Source of the DNA: Antedon mediterranea
Taxonomy: Eukaryota; Animalia; Echinodermata
NCBI RefSeq assembly: GCF_964355755.1
Contig: NC_092673.1
Span: 2,170,001 to 2,234,000 of the forward strand
DNA: 64,000 nt
Direction: 5' to 3'
This document shows positions 48,001 through 60,913 of the stretch, one piece after another. The number at the start of each line of letters is the position of its first letter. Position 1 is the stretch's first letter. The notes beneath the pieces are model-generated. The model saw nothing but the letters and a program-made list of their open reading frames with translations, did no database searches and had not been told where the DNA came from. The position numbers were made by a program, and so were the translations under genes.

Positions 48001-51000
48001 TTAAAATGCTTGAAGAAACTCTGAAAGAAATCGACGAAAAAATAGCTAGAGGTGTTAGCGTTCAAAAATCTGGTAAGGAAGATATTTTGTGATCTTTTAT
48101 AATTAATAATTCTCTCACAAATTCATATCAGTTCTTTTTTAATTTGAAAACAAATATTGTATTATTTTTTGGCAGATTCACAGTCTAGTTCTGCATCACT
48201 AAAGCAGATGACATTGTTGGAGAGTTTTAGAAGACAACCAAAGATTGGTATGGTAGATGCCATGACATTACCAGCACCTGGTCAGCTTTACCAATATGCA
48301 GGTAAATTGTCTCAAAACATAACACTGTACTTTTAGATTTTTCTGCTAAAGTCTAAATCAAGTTGTAAAATAGCCTAAACTAATCCTTCTCTGCTTGGAA
48401 TTTGTAATGCAATCATCTGAATTCCAGGTCAAGTTCAATATTAAATTTCGAAATGTGGCAGGTTACAAGATCGCCTAAAATTTATAATTTTAGCTTACGA
48501 TACTTAGTATTGTAAATTCAGGAATAGCCGATCCATAATCTCTTGGCTTTTCTTCCTTATATCTATACTCTTCATGTTCAGAATTTTACTCTGCCCTTGC
48601 CTATTATCACTGTACACTTTATAGACATGTCTACACTATCAAACTAGTTTGACAACAAAGTGTGATGTGCCCAAATAAGTTCTGTAAATGATAAATTTTA
48701 TAAATAGTTTTTTTAACAGCCTTGTGAAAAAAAGTGTTGCATCCGTTTTGAAGTAAAGCTGTTATTATATTATATAAGTTAGTTATATGATGTCATCACA
48801 TTTTTTTGTCACACATAAAGTTTGATAGTGTAGACAGAGCTTTAAACTAAATGTTATTTTATCCAGATGCACCTCAAATGCAGACGTTGTATGGTGGCAA
48901 AATGACTTCAGCTCGACTACGTGAGGTTGGCACTGTAACAAGAGATGCCATTGACAAACTTCATAGGTAAATATAAATTAAGAATTACTGTGTTTGGGAA
49001 GTGATGAGAATCTACAAATTGATGAGACTTAGACATTTTATGCTCTATTTTATACTGAATGCAATCAAATTATAATAGGTGAATTTACACATCACAAAAT
49101 AAACAAAGAACTATGGTTGTATAAATACCACTGTTACACTTCAGGAACAGTAAAACAAATTTGTACATTTACAAATAGATATTTTAGGTTGTTTTTTTTT
49201 ACACGTTGATACTGTACATTCATACATTCATTTCTATTTTTAGGTCTTTGGAGACATGTCCACCTTCTCATGAGGAGACCTCTGACCCCAAGAAGTTAAC
49301 CGTTCCCCTGTTGACCCATCAACGTCAAGCTTTGACCTGGTTGATTTGGAGGGAGTCACAGCATCCATGTGGTGGCATTCTAGGTATACAATACATTATT
49401 ATAATTGCAGTGCTATCAAATAATCAAACTGGTTTTCATTGCACAAACATTTTGGAATATTTTAGTTTTTTAATGATGACAATAACTAGTAATGAAAAAC
49501 AATTGTAGTGCTATCAAATATGTTATAATATAATCAAAACTGTTTTCAATATTTTTGTGGTATTTATGATGAAAATAACTAATAACAATAGTTATTGTAT
49601 TTCAAGTATAAAATCTTGATTTCACTTTTTAGTTATATGAGTACTTGTGTTTTCACAGCTGATGACATGGGGCTTGGTAAAACACTTACAATGATTTCAC
49701 TCATTCTAAAACAAAGGCAACTCTCTAAAGATAAAGCTCAAGATGCTAAAACAGGTAAATGATACCATTTTGTTGTTGTCATATACATACCTGTATATGA
49801 CAATATATATTCAATGTTCACTAGCAGCATCTGAAAACCAAATTATTTGTTTTTAGATACTAGTGATTTTATAAAATCATGCGCATCATTAGTCATATGC
49901 CCAGCGTCTCTCCTGCATCAGTGGAAAAATGAAATTGAGAACCGATGCAAACGTGGCGTTTTAAATATATATTTGTATCACGGTCCAAATCGAGAGAAAG
50001 AGGTGTCAGTTCTGGCAGGCTATGATGTTGTCTTGACTACATATGGTATTGTTGCTAAGGAGCTTGGTACCGGTGACACTAAAGATAAAGTGGAACAACC
50101 TGTTGATGATTGGATGTCAAAGGTAATGACCATTTTTATACTTACAATTGGCAGTGAACCATGCAAGTTTTGACATTGCTTGACCCTGTGTGACATTGCT
50201 TGACCCTGTGTGACATTGCTTGACCCTGTGTGACATTGCTTGACCCTGTGTGACATTGCTTGGTCCTGTGTGACATTGCTTGACCCTGTGTGACATGATA
50301 ACTTTTTTAGTTGATGTTGAATATCACCATTCTCAGTTTACCCATTTGGCTTTGTATAGATAGACATTGGTGTGTAAATGTCTTCAAATTATATAAGTAC
50401 CTTTATCCATTCCTTGTAAAGCTCTGTCTACACTATCAAACATTATGTGAAAAAAAATGTGTACCCATATATTTACATGATGATGTGATATCACTACCAT
50501 ATTTGGGCACATCACACATTTTTTGAAAAACTAGTTTGATAGTGTAGATAGAGCTTAAAAATGAGTTTGATAGTGAGCTTTTTTTCACCTTGATTTAAAG
50601 TTAACTGAGTGAGACTTTTTTATAATGACAACATATTTATTTTGCACTATGTATGTAGTGTCATGTAATGTACTAACCTTTTGTAAAGCACATACAGGTC
50701 AGTTCATTAAGCTCTTTATAAAGTGCTAAATATAAATATTAATTCTAAAGCCAATTTTCCACTAGGTGAATTTGTTTGCGTGAATCGAAAAACACCAGCT
50801 TATATGCATGTGTATTCAAATTTCCATGTTCCAAATCTCTCTATGCATGCGTATAACCTGGATCAACCAAATAAATAATGAAATGAAATTAAGTGCTTTT
50901 GATTCGTGCATACAAATTTGCCTAGTGGAAAATCTTCTTACTAAATGTGTAATTTTATTAGGAAAATCCAGAAAAGGCAATGTCTCAACCAACCCTTCTT

Positions 51001-54000
51001 AAAATTGGATGGCAAAGAATCATACTGGATGAAGCGCATAACATCAAGAACCATAAATGTCAGTCTGCGGTTGGAGTGTGCAGGTTAAGAGCGTGTGCTC
51101 GATGGGCCGTGACCGGTACACCCATTCAAAACAACTTGCTTGATATGTTCTCGCTCCTCAGGTTAGTGTTTTTAAATTCTCTGATTTTATACATAACTTT
51201 TGTTAGATGATGTTAGGCCATTGAAAAGCTTTCAGTATGTGACCCATCGCGTGTCATACACAAGTTGTCTTTTCTTCTAGGTGACGTTCGAGGTATCCAA
51301 TATAAAATTGTGTATGTAAATATATTGGAAAAAATGGTTGTTGGAAAAAGAATGAAATTATAAATGTGTAAAAACAAATTTACAAGAAATGTTGATCTTT
51401 TTTTTTTTTTAGATTCCTTCGATGCTCTCCTTTTGATGAGTATAAGGTGTGGAAGCGTCAGGTTGATAACAATCAAAGTAAGATGTAATGAATATTAATT
51501 TCTAATGTAAAATTAATCACAATATTAAGATATTTGTTCTCTATTATAATTGTTTTCTTGTTTGCAACATGGATATTTCATAGCATTACAGTCAATATTA
51601 CCTGCTCCCCTACAAAATATATACATTAGTGAATATTGCAATACAAAGTTTAACTTTAAAAGCACTTTGTATACCAGTTGCTATTAGTTATGAATGCTTA
51701 TAAGATAGTACACTGGTAAAGTTGCAACTTACCTTTCAAGAATGGAATCACTACAATATTATACAATACGGTACTCAATACTTTGAATAATTTTATTATC
51801 CAACAAAATTGAAATTACATTGCTCATTGACCTTTTATGACACAGTAAAAGAAAATTTGTTTCGAATGTTTTAAGTTATAGAGTCTTATCTTGGCTGGAC
51901 AGAACGAGTACTTGTAACAGTCTGTGTACACAGTTACTGCCCTCATTCTACAATTTCTGACAATAACAGCACCCATACAACTTCAGAGTGGAGTGTATGG
52001 TCTGTGTCCTCGAAAATGTTTTACTTACTTACTAATTGCTTACTTTACTTACCAAATTCTTCTTTTGACATAGAACGGCTGAATTTAATTATGAAAGGGT
52101 TGCTTCTTAGAAGAACAAAAGACCAGAAAAGTAAAGACGGAAAAGCACTTGTAAGTTTCAATGCATCAAGTAACAATAAATAACCAGTAACTTTATTTAA
52201 TCAATGATATTTTCATTCAAATTATTATTTGTTTTATAGTTAAATTAAATGAATTTTCAAATTGTTTACTACTACTATGATTTTTTACTTTATATACAAT
52301 TTCTTCTTCTAGGTATCTCTTCCTGAACGAACCTGTACAACCCATGAAATAGATCTGTCAGAGGATGAAAGAAAGATGTATGATAAACTATTCAATGAAT
52401 CTAAGTGGGTGCAACAGCTTTTATTCACGATTCAAATTTTGCTGTTTTTTTATTTATTTTGAGAAAGCTTATTCTAGTATACCATGTTATTTAAAAATAG
52501 AATTTAACCATGTTTTAACGTTTCGTTTGTTATGCTACAACCATCTTTTTGAGTAATTTATTTAAAATTGAAATTGTGATCTTCACTTTTTCTAGATCCA
52601 AAGTAAGTAACTACTTACAACAACATGGAGAAACATCCATTGATGGTGGTAAGGTATCCAAACCAAGTGAAGCTAGTTCCAGTAGTGCTACTGGATGTGT
52701 TGCAGTAGGTGATAAGTCATCTTCTGGACGTGATAAGGTTACTGGAACGGTCATTCTGGTGATTTTACTTCGCTTACGCCAATGCTGTAGTCATCTTGGA
52801 CTTTTAAAGGAGGTTAGATTTTTTATTTGGACACATTAATGCGCTTTTTTTCATTAGACATTAATATTTTATTTTATCCCTCAGCAAAAATAAACACAAT
52901 TGAGAAGAGGGGGAAAATCAGACCAGCAAAAATTACATGAACAAGATTATTAAACAAAATTATTGAACAGAAATGAATTTCATATCTAAGAAAATGTATT
53001 CAATATTTCACTCTTCAAATTCTTGTTGATGTTGATTAAATATTTATGTGTTCATAAAATAATAGTTTATCAGGAAAACAAAAACTGATCATATTCTATA
53101 TTTTCTAGAATATTACGGAAGAAAATTTTGAGTTTGACAGCAGCATTGAAATGTCTCTTGTGGACCAAATGATGGATCTAAGTCTAGGCAGTAGCCAGAA
53201 TGCAAAGCAAGAAGGAAAGGCACTTAAGAAGGCTGATGTCTTTGATGAAAAGTTTGAAAGCACAAAGGTAGGTATAATATAAGGCAGTTTGAACTGTGAC
53301 TTGGTTTCCCCCATAGGGCAATTACCATGGAAACCACTGACTCAACTTTACCTTGATGTCAGAAATATCACCATTTAAAAACAAATACTCATCTTATTTT
53401 TATTAAAGATGTATTGTCCACCTGAAAAAATAATTCTTAAAACAATTTTTGTTGAATATTCCATTTTAATGTAACATAATAGTTATCCACTTTGACCAAA
53501 AATTGGATCGAAAAAAAATGTATTTACCTTAAAAAAATGTAATTTAAAGCAAAAAATGCTCAAATTGGCTGCCAGCCAATGGATTTTTGGTTGAATTTAA
53601 CCATTTTTTTTGTCATTTTACAAGTGAAAACATTATTTTGTTTCAATTTTTTTTCTATGGAAGTGATTAACTTTATTAAAACTACAAAATACCATATACA
53701 AAGTAAGATTTAATTAAGCTTCATTTTTTATGTTATTGGGGGACAATACATCTTTAAGTTTAATTCATTTTACTTATATCAATATAGGTAAAAGAAGTAA
53801 TGACAAAACTAGTAGAAATTCGCAAAATGTCACCAAAGGGTAAGCCAATGAAAAGTGTGATTGTCTCACAATGGACCAAGATGTTAGATATTGTTGCCCA
53901 TCACTTGACCAAAGAAGGCTTTCATTTCTCGTCGATACGTGGAAATGTGACCCCTAAGAAGCGGGCAGAACTCGTCGAAGATTTCAATACAAATGACAAG

Positions 54001-57000
54001 GGGTCAGAGGTTATGCTGGTGTCTTTACGTGCTGGTGGTGTTGGACTTAATCTTATTGGTGGAAATCATCTGTTTGTCCTTGATATGCATTGGTAATTAC
54101 TAACCTTAAGCTCTGTCCACACTCTCGAACTTTGTGACAACAAAATGTGATGTGCCCATATATGAACATGATGATGTCATATCACTACCATATTTGGCCA
54201 CATAACACTTTTTTATCAAACTAGTTTGATAGTGTAGACAGAGCTTTAGTAAATATAATATTTAACAATGTTTATTAATTATTTAAAAAACAGCCATTGA
54301 CCAATTACATGATTAAGACAAATGATTCATTTGCTATCCTATAATAGAAAAAGAATATCTGTTGATTTGTTTGTTTATTTATAGAAAAGCATTTTGTGGA
54401 TATTTTTTTGTATAATTTTCCAGGAACCCTGCCCTTGAACAGCAAGCCTGTGATCGTATTTATCGTGTTGGTCAAAAGAAAGACGTTTTTATTCACAAGT
54501 TTGTCTGCAAAGACACCATTGAGGAAAAGATACTTAAACTTCAGAAGAGCAAAGCAGCATTAGCTGAGAATGTTCTTGCTGGGTGAGTTTTGTAGAGGAC
54601 CACCTTCTGGATCAAGCATTCCAGCTTAAAGGCCAATTTACACAGACAAGCGGTAACGGTAATACAAATGTAGAATCTATGTTATTCTTTATGATTCATT
54701 TACACACAACCTGGAGCGGATGGACGATTTCCGCTCAGGATAGATACACATTCTACGTGGGACAAGCTATGCGGTTTTGCGCTTACCGTTACCGCTCGTC
54801 AGTGTAAATTGGCCTGCTGTGTCATAATTTGTTTATTGTAATTTTAAGATACATTGAGTTCATCTTGTGTTTATGGTTTGTTTTATAACATAGCAATAAA
54901 TATCACAAACAAACTGGCATCTTCAGAGGGCGTCCTTTTGCAGCCATCTTGTATACAATACGTTTTAGCAGATCGATTCTGAAAAAATGATTTTGAGTGG
55001 TCGTATCAACTCCTCTTGCAGTTAAATTATACTGTTAATGTAATAAAAAAGAAAAAAATTGTTGTTTTTTTTTGTGTAAAATTCTCCTTCACATTGCATT
55101 TGATTCATTCACATGAACACTTTACTTATCTTTTTTATGCACATAATTCATTATCTTTATTATTATTAAAAATTGAACATTTTTCAATTAGCATATACAT
55201 GTGGTGTTTATACATCAACACAGCTGTTGACCAGGAAGTATCATCAGAATTGTTGAATATCAGATTGCAAATTATATTACGACGAGCGATCCATGGACCA
55301 ATCCAGTGGTGTTTTCTGTCACAAACGCCACGCGAGTCGAGTACTTTGTAGTATTTTATCCCTAGGCTAGATATTTAAAGACTCCAGTTCAACATGGTTC
55401 ATATACTTCCCTTAGGTTGAAGATGGTGTACAGAATTAACATTTCTTGTGATGCTGGATAATTAGAACACATACATATATTGACCCACATGGTTCCAGAC
55501 ACTTGCACTTTGTACAGAGAGGGTAATTAAACCCATTTTATTTTAGGGTCCCATTGGAAATAAGTCTCACATCATTCATGAGCTATCATGCATCTCTTTT
55601 TTTGTCTTTTAAATTGAAATTGTATACACTGTATTGTATCATATATTTGTTATGTTTTTAATGAGATGCAAATAAGTCAAATCAAATTTGAATTGTTTGA
55701 TTAAAATTGAAAAAAAAATAATTTATTGAGTCTAGAATAAATAAAGATACAATGTATACCAACAAATTTAAAAAGGAAAGTAAAAATATCTGCAGAACTA
55801 ACATTTTATGTTTTAAATAAATTAAATCTCCCAAGATCAGACATCCTTCATTATTTGGTTGGCGGAATATTCTGGTAAAATTCTAGTATTCTGGATGTGT
55901 TTTTTATTATTGTATTCCTTCCAAATTTTTCAGAGAGCAGCATATAGCAAAGTCGACTATACTGATTGTAGTCACTGTGTTATGTGCTGAATCGTGCAAG
56001 ACCATTGGTTTTCTTTGGTTACACAGTCCGTATCCCATCCGCTCTCTGTGCTTTGCAACTGGCGGGTTGGAATTCATGTAGTTAGCACACCGTCTTTCAG
56101 GTGCGACATTAAGCCGTTGGTCTTTTGTGCAACATGGCTTATGTGCACTTTAAAGAATATAGTTCACTCTTCCAAAAGGACCTCACCTGAAACAAGTCTG
56201 AAGTGGGTTATCTTTAGTGTGCAGCACCAAAAATATTCTATCCTAAAAGACTTGTATGCTTTTTAGAAACTTTTTTTGTAGTCTATGTAGTGAGTGGTGT
56301 TATGTCATTAAAGCATTTGTAGAAATTTAATACTAAAAAACGTCATTCTGTATTTCCACATCTGTTGATAACCGATCGATGTCAATGACTTGACATTTTT
56401 CATTTGACCTAAGGTCATAAGTATTCATTTGTTTGTTCCGTTATTTCCTCTAATTGACATTTGATAAGATGAGTAGCCATTAACATTTTTTCTGTTTATT
56501 ATTAGTTTTTAATAAGACAAATATTTAGAAGAATATAATTCACAAAGAATTTATTTTATACAATTTTTTTTATTATAAACGATTATTATTTTACGATGTT
56601 AGTAATTATAGAATGTTTGACGTCATTGTACTGGCTTGTAATGTAAAAATAGCCAATGTATTTTAATTGTGGCTATCATTAAACATGGCATGTTATCTTA
56701 TACTAGAATAGCATGCACTATTTGGAGTCATTAAGTTTTGCCTTATAGTCTACTTTAATATTATTTATTCTTTATACTGGATAGCCTCTTCGTCAAAGAC
56801 TGTTCTCCCAGAGGGTCCAGTGTATATATCTGTGTGTGAACTAGTACACCGGTGTAACCCCTACTCGTCTCGAAAGATGTACTAGGTTCTTTAAAGTGCA
56901 CATGAACAAGATGTGTATACTGGACCTACGGTTTATCAGAAAAGACTTGTTCTACCACTATAACCAGCAGACTTAGGTCGTCTCCAGTCCACATGAACAA

Positions 57001-58542
57001 GATGTGTATACTGGACCTACGGTTTATCCGAAAAGACTTGTTCTACCACTATAACCAGCAGACTTAGGTCGTCTCCAGTCCACATGAACAAGATGTGTAT
57101 ACTGGACCTACGGTTTATCCGAAAAGACTTGTTCTACCACTATAACCAGCAGACTTAGGTCGTCTCCAGTCCACATGAACAAGATGTGTATACTGGACCT
57201 ACGGTTTATCAGAAAAGACTTGTTCTACCACCATAACCAGCAGACTTAGGTCGTCTCCAGTTCCCACCATGGTGGATATAATTAATAGGCACCACTAGCT
57301 CTTTTTTAGATATGTAATAAGTGAATGTTTTAAGGTTTTTTATTCATGTATGTTTATAATTTTATGGTACGATATCTAATTTTAATAAGATGTTTCTATT
57401 TTTATAGCAATTTTAACTAATTTTTAGTTATTTGTAAAACAATTCTTTTCAGTCCTTTTTTTTTTTTTTTTTCGGAATATTTATTCAACCAAAAAAAACG
57501 ACTTGACTGTCGTTTTGTAATATATTTTTATATACCGAATAAATAATTAAATAAATAAAAATACACAACCATGGAGTGATTGAGCCTCGAACCCTAGCCG
57601 ATGTTTTGTCAATCCAAAGCATGGAGTTACCCTTTCCTCACCATTGCCAATTCCCATTCAATTCTATTCAATTCAATTCAATTTCTTTATTGCTGCAAAT
57701 GCCATCAAGGGCTAATATCCGCTTAAACATACTACATCATACAAACATAATTATACATATTTACATTTAAAATTTAAACACATAAAAATTATAGTCATTA
57801 CTACTGTAGTAGTAGTTATGATTTTTAATTATTGTAATTATTGTTAAATATGATTATTGTTATAATACAAGCTGTAGTAGTCTGTGTTTTCAATTTAAAG
57901 CTTCCTTATCTTTATGTAAAAGTTTACTTTGAACTTACCATTAACCTCCTAAGTAACACAAATTATGACCGTGTTGGAATTTTTCTGAATATAATTGTCA
58001 ATTAGCCGTAATTTGATTGTCTCTTAGAGTAAGTGGGATAGAGCCCCATGGAATGTGATAGTATTAACTGTGAAGTAATTATTATTAGATAGAAAGTTAT
58101 GCAATCAATAAGTAGACCACAGCTTTATTCCAATCTAGCAAAGTAATAATTTGTGAAGGCTCCTCACAGCATTGCTCTATACATTTATAGGACATAAAAA
58201 GCAAGGCGCCCACCCTACACCTTAAAAATAAAAATAAAAATAGGGGATGGGGAAACAACTAATATTAGGTTAATTTTGACAAGAATGTGATGAACATAAT
58301 ATAAAAATTGTTAAAGATTATCTATATTTGAGTTTTTAAAATAAAAATGTGGATATTAAGGGTAAATACATTTTTTTTTAGAATAGCCTGTACATTTTAA
58401 TGTATAGAGAACAGATACACATGCATAAATTGTGTGATGAATGTTGTGTAAATAATTTCATTTGTTGTTATTTTCCAGAAACAAATCAAAGAATCAGAAG
58501 TTAACGCTTAAAGATCTACGCCTGCTGTTTGGTGTTCAATAA
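45078..58542 (+). CDS. TTF2: Transcription termination factor 2 / Lodestar (GRF zinc finger + SNF2 helicase), about 20 coding exons
   Basis: Exons approximately 45078-45105, 45585-45693, 46094-46180, 46441-46516, 46817-47797, 47937-48072, 48176-48301, 48868-48966, 49244-49383, 49659-49753, 49857-50121, 50962-51161, 51413-51477, 52074-52150, 52313-52404, 52596-52812, 53109-53267, 53788-54092, 54424-54582, 58478-58542. Motifs [62 protein letters not shown] and terminal [13 protein letters not shown]. Confidence 0.95.
46214..46378. mobile_element. 165-bp PIF/Harbinger-like MITE
   Basis: TTA|AGGGTCTTTCACACCTGTTCCGG...CCGGAACAGGTGGGAAAGACCCT|TTA. Confidence 0.75.
50172..50297 (+). repeat. 20-bp minisatellite, about 6 copies
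   Basis: (TGACATTGCTTGACCCTGTG)n. Confidence 0.95.
50749..50935. mobile_element. Degenerate Harbinger-like MITE
   Basis: ATTTTCCACTAGGTGAATTTG...CAAATTTGCCTAGTGGAAAAT inverted ends. Confidence 0.55.
53407..53753. mobile_element. Kolobok-like MITE with TTAA target duplication
   Basis: TTAA|AGATGTATTGTCC...GGACAATACATCT|TTAA. Confidence 0.7.
54630..54814. mobile_element. Harbinger-like MITE
   Basis: AGGCCAATTTACACAGACAAGCGGTAACGGTAA...TTACCGTTACCGCTCGTCAGTGTAAATTGGCCT. Confidence 0.7.
56085..56195 (+). mobile_element. SINE central-domain fragment (Deu/Nin-like)
   Basis: GTCTTTCAGGTGCGACATTAAGCCG...GTGCACTTTAAAGAA, related to the reverse-strand copy at ~56850-56950. Confidence 0.45.
56780..57262 (-). 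mobile_element. SINE (Deu/Nin-like domain) with an internal 91-bp segment repeated four times
   Basis: CACATGAACAAGATGTGTATACTGGACC at ~56899, 56990, 57081 and 57172. Reverse strand has GATAAACCGTAGGTCC...GTGCACTTTAAAGAACC...CGAGACGAGTAGGGG. Confidence 0.6.
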
Positions 58543-60893
58543 TGTCTATTCACTGTTTTAGACAAAGTTGTATGGGTAATATGTAATACTATTAATAGTC
58601 TCATGAATACACAGATTCCTGAGTGAAATGCACAGTTATTAAGCAATATGTTGATTGGTGCAAAGCTCTGTCTACACTATCAAACCAGTTCGACAAAAAG
58701 TCTGATGTGCCCAAATATGGTAGTGCTATGCCCAAATATGGTAGTGATATGACATCATCATGTCCATACATGGACACATCACATTTTCTTTTGCCCATCA
58801 AGTTTGATAGTGTAGACAGAGCTTCATTTTTATTGTTATCGATAATATTTAATCAGATGTACCTCCTGTTATTGTCTCTATTGACACCCCTCCTCCCACC
58901 CCCACATAAGAAATAATATTCTTGCTCAAAATATGACCTATAGTATTTATTTAGTAGGCCAAATTTTATTACCAAACTATTTTTTTTCAACATAGAAACA
59001 TGTGTAGGCCCTAATATGTCATGCCTTTTATTATATAATCAATATTAATATTAATTGTTATTATATTAGTGTTGATGGCTTACTATTGCTCAGCTTTATA
59101 GCTGACGAATAACTGAAAATATTAGACTATAATTATATTATAATGGATATTTTCATTCACGACTTTATGTCTGATTTAAAATCATTTAAAATTTCAAAGG
59201 TCCAGCACCTGTCTCCTTCATTCTTATCTACCCGTCTAATGAATGTGTAAGTTGACATTTGTTTCATGTCTAGATCATGTTTATACAACTGACAATACAA
59301 ATCACGTAGTTACATAGGTGTTGATACCCCGGTGATATTTCGTACGGGGTTAATTATAACGTCGTTTGTAAACTGTGAAATCTATATAATTTGCATAAAA
59401 ATATTCAGTAAAACTTCAAATACTTTATCGAATGTTTATATTGGTATTTAATTAGGGCATACATTTTTTATTTTATAGTACTCTAGTTCTAATACAGTTT
59501 CTGTAAAAAAAATAGAATTCAAATTAAACGATGTACATGCTAAAATATTGTACAAAAAAGATGTGCCGCGAACGCATTTCTTAAGCCTTGTCTACACTAT
59601 CAAACTTTATGTGACCAAAAAAATGCCCATATATGGATGATGTCATATGACTACCATATTTGGACATATCACTATCATATTTGGGCACATCACACTTTTT
59701 TTGTCAAACTAGTTTGATAGTGTAAACAGAGCTTTATACATTAAATGTCACTAATTCTTATTGACATTGATGATCGTACGTTTTATACCGTCTATCCTAC
59801 TGTAGAGTTGTGTGTCCACGCATACTTCGCGTTCAGACGATCCTCGCGTTCACATCGCGTTCGTCATCGTCATGAACTATCCATGGTATTTGTTCGAACG
59901 CCTTCATTTCCAAATGGCAAGATGAGAAGTAAAGGTCATATCAAAAATATGATTTTATATTTAGAACATACGACGTGTAGGCTGCTTCCATGTACAGTAT
60001 TAGTGTTGCGACAATGCGAGAGCATGTTAATTAAACCAAAATACATAAGCCCGACATTTGGTAGTAACCGCCATATACCTAGGCCTACTGTCTGTAATGT
60101 TTTTATATATAAAGTCATTATTATTTATATTATTTGTAATAATTAGTCACTGTTTGGAGGTACATCGGTAACAGTGGCTTAGGCTGTGTTTGTGCTTTAC
60201 TGGCAGATAGTGACTATGATTTTATATTTTCTCATTGCGTTGTGTTTGTTTAATTTGTTGATTTGTATTATATTTTGTAAAATGTATATTTTGTCTGAAT
60301 AAGTAATAATAATAATAATATTAATAAATATGATTATTCCTGTAGACACAGAGGCCGTATTTATATAGAAGAAAAAGGGGATGAGATGTTGATTATGCGT
60401 CCTAATCGGTAGGATCTATCACTTATGTGTGTAGGACTTTATAGCTCACTATGTTGGTCGGTCGGTCGGCAACACTCGCTTGAGCACGCGACTGCAACCA
60501 TGTATATGGCCTTGTTAAAATAAGCAACACCACAAGTCACTGATTTTACGATAGAAATGTGTAAACCACTGATCGATAAAAACATCGCATTGCACTCTAT
60601 TGTACGCTACCTTTCAATATGAAATAATATATGAAATTATGCATGCTATTGTAAAATATAACGAAATTGTTAGAATACTAACGAAATACAATACAACTTA
60701 AATTTTAAATACAATGCACTCGAAAATGTGGCTAATTTTAGAACTACTGTAACGAATATGTTATGAGCATTTGCCTGTGTCACCCCGTCAATTCTTTGAA
60801 CATTAAATATTAAAGTCGTACCAAATAATGTAAAATATTGGTTGGCGCCCCATACCTTGTTAGGTTAATCTTCGTTGTCATAATAAGTTATAC

Positions 60894-60913
60894 CAGGGAG
60901 TAACAACTCCCTG
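60894..60913. mobile_element. 20-bp palindromic footprint with a perfect 7-bp target duplication
   Basis: GTTATAC|CAGGGAGTAACAACTCCCTG|GTTATAC. Confidence 0.55.

Noticed and set aside
48995-49062. Candidate C/D snoRNA in a TTF2 intron (GTGATGA...CTGA)
   Set aside because: No terminal stem and no rRNA-complementary guide that I could recognise. An Infernal or snoscan run would be needed.
51477-52074. Apparently short TTF2 junction (DNNQ|KRL) suggesting a missing micro-exon
   Set aside because: The frame is preserved without one and I found no convincing candidate exon.
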